Positions 38,283-46,726 of a DNA stretch of 64,000 bases are shown piece by piece; the first letter of the stretch is position 1; the number at the start of each line of letters is the position of its first letter. Under the pieces are notes generated by a model, which worked only from the letters and a program-made list of their open reading frames with translations, was not told the DNA's origin and did no database searches. A program made the position numbers and the translations under genes. This DNA is from Planctomycetota bacterium (GTDB taxonomy: Bacteria > Planctomycetota > GCA-002687715 > CAIWVZ01). The stretch spans positions 192,001 to 256,000 of the forward strand of contig JBGANV010000008.1 in assembly GCA_044222185.1 (NCBI GenBank), given 5' to 3'.

Positions 38283-39677
38283 ATGTCACTTGCAAACATC
38301 CGGCCAGTCGTCGTTCCGTTGCTCCTCCTGTCATGCGCCCTGCCCATCGCCGCGCAGGGCCCTGGGAGCTGCGGATTCCACCTGGACGTCCTCGCCGATC
38401 GCACGTCGACTCACGCTGCGATTGCCGACATGCCCGGCGCCCCGGGCTCCGGCGGCGCAGGCTATCCTGCCGGCGCTCCCGGCAATCCGTACACGGCGTA
38501 CGTGACGCCGGGAACGGTGTTCAAACTCCAGCTCTCCGTGCCGCCGAGCACACTCGGCCCGAGGATCGGCACCGGAAGCCTGGTCACCATCCTGTGGTCG
38601 CTGGGCACTCCGAACGTCGCGGTGCCGACCCCCGCTGGCGGCCTCGCGCCGTGTCAGCCGGGCCAGCCTTGGATCATCTCCGTACTACCGGTGATCCAGG
38701 GCGCGATCCTCGACGGGATCGGGTGGATCAACGTGCCCGTTCCTCCGACACGACCCGCCGACCCCGGCCATCCGTACAAGCTCGAAGTGACGCTTCTGTA
38801 CCCACCGCAGGTCGGTGGCGTTCCGGTGATGTTCCAGGCCGCCGCGATCACGCCGCAAGGCCTCCTCGCGGTCTCGAACGGCGTGTCCCTGATCGCTGGC
38901 GTCAACGGAAGCGAGCAGAGCGTGCTGGGCGCCATGGGTGGATGCCCCGGCGGCGTGAGTCCGTTCGATGAAGGCGAGGCGGCTCTGCCGACGCCACCGG
39001 CCTTCACCTTCTATGGGTTCCCTGCCGGCGTCACGTTCATGAACGTGAACGGGTATCTGTCCTTCACGCCCGCGAGCTGCGACCGAACCGGCTCGTCGGG
39101 AGACCTCGGCTGCGCGCCAGCGACGGTGAATGCCTCGCCCCGCATCGCCGCCAATCACTTCGACGCCGACTTCGCGCTCGGCGCCACACCACCGCGGATC
39201 GACGACGTGACGTTCGAGATCGCCCCTCCGGGACCGAACTGGCCGCAACGGCACATCTATCGCTGGAAGAACGCCGTTCCGCGCCTGTCGCCGTCGGCCC
39301 CGCCTGCAATCGACACCGACTACGCATCGATGGTGTGCGAGCTGTGGGCCGGCGCGTCCGTGCCGGGCGGCGCGGGTCCGTCGACGATCGTCGTCGTTCG
39401 ACAGGACACCCATCCGGTGTCGCGCATGGATCACCACGACATGATCGGCATCGGACCCGGTGTCGCAGGCCAGGGGTTCGGCGGTCCGCCGCCCAACTGC
39501 TGGGCGACGGCACTCTGGTCCCTCTATGCCACGCCGGGTTTCGCCGGCGGCCCGGGCCACGCGATCTACCAGGATGCGATTTACGACAGCTCGATCCTCG
39601 GCAACCTCGCGGTGGTCTTCACACCGCAGGTCCAGATCCCAGTCCTGCCGCTCCCCTATCGGGTGACGACGTACTGA
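38283..39677 (+). CDS. Secreted protein: conserved beta domain followed by a nidogen-like domain
   Basis: AAGGAG RBS, signal peptide, internal PPQVGGVPVMFQAAAITPQGLLAVSNGVSLI, then FTFYG....FMNVNGYLSF and PRIAANHFD. Confidence 0.8.
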   Translation: MSLANIRPVVVPLLLLSCALPIAAQGPGSCGFHLDVLADRTSTHAAIADMPGAPGSGGAGYPAGAPGNPYTAYVTPGTVFKLQLSVPPSTLGPRIGTGSLVTILWSLGTPNVAVPTPAGGLAPCQPGQPWIISVLPVIQGAILDGIGWINVPVPPTRPADPGHPYKLEVTLLYPPQVGGVPVMFQAAAITPQGLLAVSNGVSLIAGVNGSEQSVLGAMGGCPGGVSPFDEGEAALPTPPAFTFYGFPAGVTFMNVNGYLSFTPASCDRTGSSGDLGCAPATVNASPRIAANHFDADFALGATPPRIDDVTFEIAPPGPNWPQRHIYRWKNAVPRLSPSAPPAIDTDYASMVCELWAGASVPGGAGPSTIVVVRQDTHPVSRMDHHDMIGIGPGVAGQGFGGPPPNCWATALWSLYATPGFAGGPGHAIYQDAIYDSSILGNLAVVFTPQVQIPVLPLPYRVTTY

Positions 39678-39690
39678 ATCCCGCGGCGTG

Positions 39691-40875
39691 TCAGTTGACG
39701 ACGTGAGTGATCGCGTTCGACACCTGGCTGGCCGGCGTCGCGCCCGCCGGCCCGACGAACCCGAGAGCCACCGCATCGAAGGTGAACCCGAGCGGGACGC
39801 CGCCGACGGGGCCGAGCGTGATCCCGCCGCAGGAGCTCAGCGGCCCCACGAACGGGAAACCGGAGATGAACTGTCCGACGATCTCGGAGATCGCCGGCGC
39901 GATCCCGTAGAAGTAGCCCGTGGGAGCTGCGCCGGTGTTCACCGTGCTCACGGCGAGGAAGTAGGTGCCGCTCGCGGGGCCATCGGCGATGTAGAGCTGC
40001 AGCGAGCCCGAGCCGAGAGGCTGGGTTGCCGCCAGCGTCATCGGGCCCGTGGCGAGGTCGAGCGTGAACTGGCTCCCGAATCCGGATCCTGCCGACACGC
40101 GGATGTAGTACGTCGCGCCGGCCTGCGACGGGAAGCTGACGCTCGAGCCCACGAAGCACCCGGGCGAGTTGTCGTTGCAGGCGATCTGCAGGCCGCCGCA
40201 ACCGGTGTAGACGCTGATGACGGAGTCGTAGAAGTAGCAGTCGGTGTTCACCGTCAGCACGGTGCTGCATGGCGTCGTATATCGGAACCACAGATCGTGC
40301 GTGGCCGCGCCGCAGCTCGGCGGAGGACCGGCGCTCGGCGTCGCCCCGACGTTCAGGAACGGGCCGTTGTGCCCCTTCGTGATCGGAATGGCTCCGGAGC
40401 ACTCGTCGTTGGCCGGCGGCGGGATGGGCGGGCTGATGTTCACGGGGAAGGTCCCCGTCTGTGCCGAGAGGACGTAGCTCCCCACGCGGATGTAGTACGG
40501 CGTGCCGGCGGTGAGGTTCACGTAGACGAGTGACCGGTTGCCGCACCATCGATCGTTGCACCCGATGTAGAAGGCATTGCCGATCGGGCACACGGCAAAG
40601 ACGGCGAGCACGGTCTGAACGAGCGTGCCGCCGCCGCAGGTGTCGATCGCGTACGGCGCCGTCGCCGGAGGAATGAACCGGAACCACACGTCGTTGATGA
40701 TCCCCGCGCAGGAGATCGTCGACGACGTGGTCGACCCCGTGTTCGTGAAGAGGCCGTTGGATCCGATGAACACGGGAATGGCCGTCGTGCAGTCGTCGTT
40801 GGTCACCTGGGCGCCGACGTGAACGACGACGGCGAGGACGAGCAACGCGCACCGAGCGAGGTTCGGGAGAGTCAT
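39691..40875 (-). CDS. Secreted protein with two Cys-containing NDxC/DxWF (PPC-like) repeats and the conserved C-terminal domain
   Basis: NDDC...DVWF...CND...YYIRV appears twice; ends FDAVALGF...SQVSNAITHVVN. Confidence 0.85.
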   Translation of the reverse strand: MTLPNLARCALLVLAVVVHVGAQVTNDDCTTAIPVFIGSNGLFTNTGSTTSSTISCAGIINDVWFRFIPPATAPYAIDTCGGGTLVQTVLAVFAVCPIGNAFYIGCNDRWCGNRSLVYVNLTAGTPYYIRVGSYVLSAQTGTFPVNISPPIPPPANDECSGAIPITKGHNGPFLNVGATPSAGPPPSCGAATHDLWFRYTTPCSTVLTVNTDCYFYDSVISVYTGCGGLQIACNDNSPGCFVGSSVSFPSQAGATYYIRVSAGSGFGSQFTLDLATGPMTLAATQPLGSGSLQLYIADGPASGTYFLAVSTVNTGAAPTGYFYGIAPAISEIVGQFISGFPFVGPLSSCGGITLGPVGGVPLGFTFDAVALGFVGPAGATPASQVSNAITHVVN

Positions 40876-40937
40876 GAAAGTTCTTTCTGAGCCGATGGAT
40901 TCGACCGGGTGACCGCCGTTCCGCCGTCGCGATCCAC

Positions 40938-42530
40938 TCACTGGACGGTGTAGGTCATGGATGTCGACGCGGAGGCGGGGACGAGCGACCCACCCGCGTT
41001 GAAGCCCACGGCCACGCTGTCGAACCGCAACCCCGGCGGAAGTCCGACGTAGGGGCCGACGACTGCGGTTCCGCATGGCGTCAGCGGTCCGAAGAACGGC
41101 GACCCGGGCTGCACTTCGGAGACGAGCTCGAGCAACGTGAGGTCGATCCCGAAGAACGGCCCCGCGGGAGCGACGCCCGTGTGCTGCAGGGCGATGGCGA
41201 GCAGGAACCCTCCGTTCGGAGCTCCATTCACGATGTCGGTGCGTAGCGACCCCGACCCTGCCGGCTGCCAGAGGATCTGTCGGAGGGGTGCGTTCGTGAC
41301 CGGTGCGATCGTCAGGTTGAAGATGCCCGGGCCGATGTTGTTCGGGGCGACCCGGATCCAATACGTCCGTCCGACGAGCGCCGTCAGTGCGACGGTGGCT
41401 CCTCCAGGCCCGCAGAAAGGATCGTCATCGGCGCAGTCGATGAGGTTCCCACCGCAACCCTCGTACACGTCGAGCACGGTGTCGTACCCGCCGCATCCGC
41501 TGCTGATGGTGATGTCCTGGCTGCAACCCGTGTTCAGGTAGGAGAACCAGACGTCTGGGGAGGCCCCGCCGAGACAGCCCGTGAAAGTCGCGCTCGGTGT
41601 GGCAATCCCGTTGGAGAACGGGCCATTCACTCCCATGACGACAGGCGTCGCCGTGGAGCAGTCGTCTCCGACCCCGCGTGCGATCTCCAGGTTGAATACT
41701 CCAGGCTGAGCCGCCTTCGCGGCCACGCGGATGAAGTACACCGCGCCCTGACCCGCGTTGAAACCGAGCGAGGACCCGCCCGACGGGCAGGACGGGGTGT
41801 CGTCGTTGCACGCAATGGCGGCTCCCCCGCAAGCGCCGTAAACGCTGAGCACCGTGTCGTACTGACCGCACCCCGTGGAAACGACGACGGGACCCGTGGC
41901 GAGCGAATGCACGTATCGAAACCACAGGTCGTAAAGGCCATTCCCAGCACAGTTCACGGCTCCGGCCGTCGGCGTCGCCGCGATGTTGTTGAACGGACCC
42001 GACGCCCCCAGCGGCACGGTGAGCGCCTGTGCGCACGTGTCGTTCGTCGCCGCAGGCACCGCCGCCTCCACCGTCAGGTAGAACGTCCCGCCGGGGCCGT
42101 CGTTCGCCGAACCCACCCCGACGATGTACGACGCGCCCCACAGCAAATACGCCGTGACCGACGACCGCGACCCGCAGGAGTTGTCATCGCAGCCGAGCGA
42201 GTTGGCTCCGCAATAATCGAAAACGTCGACGACGCTGTCGGTCAGCGAGCCCGCCGCGAAACCCGCCGGCGTACAGGTCTTGAACGTGTAGGGCGCAGTG
42301 AACGCCGGCGTGAAGACGAACCAGACATCCTTGCCCGCGCCGCCGCAGGTCATCCAACCGGATTGAGTCGCCCCCACGTTCGTGAAGCGGAATCCGGACG
42401 CTGCCGGTGTCGGGTTCACGCCAGCAACGATGTTGATGGGGGTCGTGCACTCGTCGTTCGAAACCTGTGCGGACGCTGCCGTTGCAAGAACGAGGCACGC
42501 AACGCCGAGGGCGAGGAACTTCATCACCAT
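40938..42530 (-). CDS. Tandem paralog with three NDxC/DxWF repeats and the conserved C-terminal domain
   Basis: NDEC, NDTC and GDDC repeats; ends GLPPGLRFDSVAVGF...STSMTYTVQ. Start at 42530 or 42524. Confidence 0.85.
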   Translation of the reverse strand: MVMKFLALGVACLVLATAASAQVSNDECTTPINIVAGVNPTPAASGFRFTNVGATQSGWMTCGGAGKDVWFVFTPAFTAPYTFKTCTPAGFAAGSLTDSVVDVFDYCGANSLGCDDNSCGSRSSVTAYLLWGASYIVGVGSANDGPGGTFYLTVEAAVPAATNDTCAQALTVPLGASGPFNNIAATPTAGAVNCAGNGLYDLWFRYVHSLATGPVVVSTGCGQYDTVLSVYGACGGAAIACNDDTPSCPSGGSSLGFNAGQGAVYFIRVAAKAAQPGVFNLEIARGVGDDCSTATPVVMGVNGPFSNGIATPSATFTGCLGGASPDVWFSYLNTGCSQDITISSGCGGYDTVLDVYEGCGGNLIDCADDDPFCGPGGATVALTALVGRTYWIRVAPNNIGPGIFNLTIAPVTNAPLRQILWQPAGSGSLRTDIVNGAPNGGFLLAIALQHTGVAPAGPFFGIDLTLLELVSEVQPGSPFFGPLTPCGTAVVGPYVGLPPGLRFDSVAVGFNAGGSLVPASASTSMTYTVQ

Positions 42531-42950
42531 GTCTCCGGAAGGGCGAGCGTGGCACTCGAGGGTGAGGAGTGCGCGGCTGGGAATCGACGTGGCCGAAGAG
42601 CAGTCAACCGAGGCATAGACGGCCGAGGCGGCAGTTTGCGGGGCGCGACGGATCGGATCAACCGCTTGCGCCACCTCGCCGGCGCGCGCCTCAGGTTGGG
42701 AAACTTCTGGTTCCCTCAGGCGGGACGCCGCGCGTCACCTCAGTAAAAAAAACCGCCAGGTTCTGTTTGCCGGGTCGACGCAGCCGGGTGTACCGTCGCC
42801 GCCCTGTTGCACGCGCCGCCGGATCGTTTTGCACGATCACAGTTCGAAGGTGTGCTCCCCGGAACCCGCGAACGAGTTCGCCCCCGGCTGCCGCGCAGTC
42901 CAGGCATCGTCGTTACTCGGCCCCTCGATCTGAAGACAGGAGTCCTTGCC

Positions 42951-44665
42951 ATGGGAAGGTCCGTAGTCTGCGTCCGCACCGCCTCGCTTTCGATCGCCGT
43001 TCTCGTGATCTCCGCGATGACGGCGAACGCGCAGTTCGCGCTGGAACTGACCGGAACGTTCGGCTCGCCGAACACCTCGTCCGGCACCTGGTCCATCGCC
43101 GGCGACATGTATGGAGTTGGAAACTACACGAGCACGATCACGGGTGCGGCTCCGGCCGTCGGCCAGCCTCCGACGAGGGTGCAGATCGACACGGTGCTCA
43201 CCTGCGGAACCGGCGTCATCAACCTGCACTCGAATCTGTTCGCGTCCGCGCCCTCCGCAGGGACGCGCATCTTCACTGGAACGACGAAGATCGTCTCCGC
43301 GTCCGGCTCATACCTCGGGCTGAAGGGCGACGGCACCACGAGCATCGTCGCCAACGTCGGCGTCGTCCCTGCGATCGAAGCCTGGACGGTGAACGGTCTC
43401 ATCCGACACCTGCCGCCATTGCTTTCGTCCTCGAATTCACTGCGCAAGTGGAACCAGATCGCCATCGACGCCAGCGGACGTGACCACACGCCGGCGGGCG
43501 CGCACCAGCAGCTCGGTCCGTGCCGCGCAGCCCGTGCCGAGGCCATCGTTCACCTCGCGATGTTCGAAGCCGTCAACGCGATCATTCCCCGCTTCGACAG
43601 CTACGTTGGACTTCCGACCAACTACCCGACGACGTCCCTCGACGCGGCCATCGCGCAAGCAGCCTTCGACACGCTGAGCGCTCTCTTCTCCGCGCAGACG
43701 AACACGATCTTCACGCCCGCACTCAATGCGGCGCTCGCCGAAGTTCCCGATGGTCTGCGCAAGACGCGCGGCATCGCACTCGGACACGCGGCTGCGGCGG
43801 CGATCCTCGCTCTCCGCGCGAACGACCTCTCGTCGATGCCTGAGCCCCGCATCGGAATCGAGTACCTCCCCGGCCCGCTTCCGGGCGAATGGCGCCCGGA
43901 TCCGTTCACGAACCACCCGCTGGCACTGGGCGGCAACTGGCCGTTCGTGACGCCGTTCGTCATGCTCGCGGGAAGCCAGTTCCGCGCGCCGCCCCCGCCG
44001 GCGCTCGATAGCGCGGCGTATGCGACGGCATTCGACGAGGTCAAGGCCCTCGGCGGCGATGCCATCGTGACGCCGACGGTCCGCACGCCGGATCAAACCG
44101 AGGCCGGCATCTACTGGGCCTATGACGGGACGCCGAGCCTCTGCGCGCCGCCACGCCTGTACAACCAGATCGTCGTCCAGATCGGACGGCAGCAATGCTC
44201 CGACGTCGCAGATTTCGCCCGCCTGCTGGCGCTCGCGAACGTCGCGATGGCGGACGCGGGCATCGCGATCTGGGATTCCAAGTACTTCTACAAGTTGTGG
44301 CGGCCGGTGACCGGAATCCGCGAGTCGGACCCGGGGACGGGACCCACGGGACTCGGTGACGGGAACCCGGCGACGATCGGCGACGTCACCTACTCGCCGC
44401 TCGGTGCCCCCGCCAGCAATATCAACGGCGGGCTCAACTTCACCCCGCCGTTCCCGGCGTACCCGTCAGGGCACGCAGGCTTCGGCGGTGCGATCTTCCA
44501 GGTCCTGCGCCGCTTCTATGGGACCGACAACATCCGGTTCAAGTTCGTCTCGGACGAGCTGAACGGTGTCACACTCGGCAACAACGGCCTTCCCCGCCCA
44601 CTGTCGGCACGGGTCTTCCAGAATCTGACGCAGGCGGAAGAGGAGAACGGTCCCCCCCCCCCCCC
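42951..44665 (+). pseudogene. Secreted vanadium-dependent haloperoxidase (chloroperoxidase-like), 3'-truncated at a poly-C tract
   Basis: YWAYDG..LCAPPRLYNQ, WDSKY...WRP and PAYPSGHA are present. The sequence breaks at AEEENG, immediately before the expected SRxxxGxH motif. Confidence 0.8.
44652..44665. repeat. C14 homopolymer
   Basis: Fourteen consecutive C, the only run of this length I saw in the window. Confidence 0.95.
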
Positions 44666-44670
44666 GCCGA

Positions 44671-46416
44671 TCACTGCAAGACGAGGTCGTGGGCGTCGGT
44701 CATGGCGAAGAGGCCGTTGGCGGCCCCCAGCGATGCGACCGCGCCCTGGACGCGCAGCGTCAGGCCCGCAAGTCCCGGCGGAACGACGAAGCCCACACCT
44801 ACGCCGAGGGCGGAAAGCGCCGAGCCCCCGAGCGCCGCCGGCTGGGATCCATCGACCAACAAGAAGAAGCTCGCCAGGTCGATGTGCACCTGCGGCAAGC
44901 CGGGAGTCGCCGCCGGCGGCGACGCGTTCGCGTAGCCCGTCGCGGCGATGAACGGCGTGGCACCGATGAAGCTCCAGTTCGGCGTCGTCATGGAGATGCC
45001 GACCGTCGACCCGCCCGGGGCGAGCTTCGTGCCCACGTTGGCGAGCGTCAGGTCGACGGACGTCGCGAGCACCAGGTCCTCACCTGATCCCACGAGCGGC
45101 GCCACGTACTCGTCCACTCCGAGGTCGACCGTACCTGCGACGATGCGCGGGTTGCCGTCGAAATCCGTAGGCGCGAGCGACGGCGCGGCGTTCGTCCCGA
45201 TGTTGCGGCATGCCGACGTGGACGAGAGATGGAAGTCGAAATTCGCCGGGTCGACGAACCCTGGGGCCAGGCTCACGTTGCCCGCGCCGGGTGCCCCGCC
45301 CTGGACGTTGCTGAACGTGATGGAGATCGCCGGCGGCACGGTCGTTCCCGCGATCTGGTTCGGAGAATTGCCCGTCACGATCGAGTTGACGACGGTCGGC
45401 GCATTGCCCCCCACGACGAAGATCCCGCCGCAGCACGCGGACGCGACGTTCGACGCGATGCTGGCGTTCGTGATCGTGACGGAGGGGCCGTCGGTCGAGA
45501 TCGCGCCGCCGTTCACCGCAGTGTTGGCGGCGAAAATGCAGTTCGCGAAGTCGACGGTGGAAAGCGATGCACTCACCGCTCCGCCGTTCTGGAGCGCGTG
45601 GTTCTGGATGAACCGGCAATCGGTTCCACGCAGCGTGCCGAAGGTGCTCTTGGCCGCGCCACCCGACGTGGCGGCGTTGGAGTGGAGCGAACAGCGCACG
45701 AGAGTCGCGTTGCCGAACGAGACGTTGATCGCTCCACCGTCGTTCACTGCGGTGTTGCTCGTGAACGTGCAGCCCTCGAAGGTCGCCGACGCGTTGTTCA
45801 GGGACACCGCCGCGCCCTGATTGCTGGCATTGGCCGTGAAGCTGCAGTTCACGATCGTCGGAAACGAGTTGAACAGCACGGCGATCGCGCCGCCTTCGAC
45901 GGTCGCCGAGTTGCCGAGGAACGTGCAACCCGAGATCGACGGCGATGCCGCGAACAGGCAGATGCCGCCGCCCGTGTTGCTGACGCTGCCGTTCGCGATC
46001 ACGCAGTCCTCCACTCGCGGCGAGGCGCCGACGATGAGGAAGATGCCGCCATCGACGATGGGGCCTCCGTTGCGAAGCGTGAACCCGCGAATCATCGCCG
46101 CCGGCGTCTCGCCTGAGGTGAATTGCACGACCCGGTTCAGGTGCGCCGCATCGATCACCGTCGCGGCTGAACCCGCCGTGCTCCGCACGGTGATGTTCTT
46201 GCCGCCGAAGTTCAGGCTCTCGGAGTAGACGCCGGGCCCGACGAGCACCGTGTCGCCGTTGATCGCGGCGTTGATGCCGGCCTGAACGCTCGGAAACGGC
46301 GTCGCAAGCGTGCCGTTGCCCGGAGGTGCGGCGCCGGCCTGCACCCGCCACGTGGTCTGCGAGGTGACGGCGGAAGCGATCAACACGAACGCGACGAGGA
46401 ATCTGCTTTTCGGCAT
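44671..46416 (-). CDS. Secreted parallel beta-helix (GGAI...F..N, Pmp-like repeat) protein with the conserved C-terminal domain
   Basis: GDTVLVGPGVY, repeated F..N.A..GGA[IV], DFHL...S.C...G, VDLGVDE; ends PPGLAGLTLRVQGAV...MTDAHDLVLQ. Confidence 0.88.
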   Translation of the reverse strand: MPKSRFLVAFVLIASAVTSQTTWRVQAGAAPPGNGTLATPFPSVQAGINAAINGDTVLVGPGVYSESLNFGGKNITVRSTAGSAATVIDAAHLNRVVQFTSGETPAAMIRGFTLRNGGPIVDGGIFLIVGASPRVEDCVIANGSVSNTGGGICLFAASPSISGCTFLGNSATVEGGAIAVLFNSFPTIVNCSFTANASNQGAAVSLNNASATFEGCTFTSNTAVNDGGAINVSFGNATLVRCSLHSNAATSGGAAKSTFGTLRGTDCRFIQNHALQNGGAVSASLSTVDFANCIFAANTAVNGGAISTDGPSVTITNASIASNVASACCGGIFVVGGNAPTVVNSIVTGNSPNQIAGTTVPPAISITFSNVQGGAPGAGNVSLAPGFVDPANFDFHLSSTSACRNIGTNAAPSLAPTDFDGNPRIVAGTVDLGVDEYVAPLVGSGEDLVLATSVDLTLANVGTKLAPGGSTVGISMTTPNWSFIGATPFIAATGYANASPPAATPGLPQVHIDLASFFLLVDGSQPAALGGSALSALGVGVGFVVPPGLAGLTLRVQGAVASLGAANGLFAMTDAHDLVLQ

Positions 46417-46726
46417 GGGTTGCACCTGTGGTCCGACTGTCCGAAGGGACGCGCGCAATCCGCGCGCGGGACGCATGAGGGAAGGGAGCCTACAACCGAT
46501 CCGGGCGAGCGGTCAACGGCTGAATCATGCACGATCGAGCATCATTGCATCCCCATGGAGGGCGCGGTGACGAGGCTCCGCATGCGGCGCCAGCCTCGCG
46601 TGCTCGCGATCGGCCCGCGCCGACGTCGGCGCGATGGCGCACTGCCCGGCCGACCGGAGCCCGGTCCCCGCAAGACACGCGTCGATGCGCCTCGACGCGC
46701 GGAGACGTCGAAACGCCGCACCTGCG

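Noticed and set aside
44666-44951. C-terminal extension of the haloperoxidase ORF after the poly-Pro stretch
   Set aside because: It reads antisense through the convergent gene and is Arg-rich with no VHPO motif.
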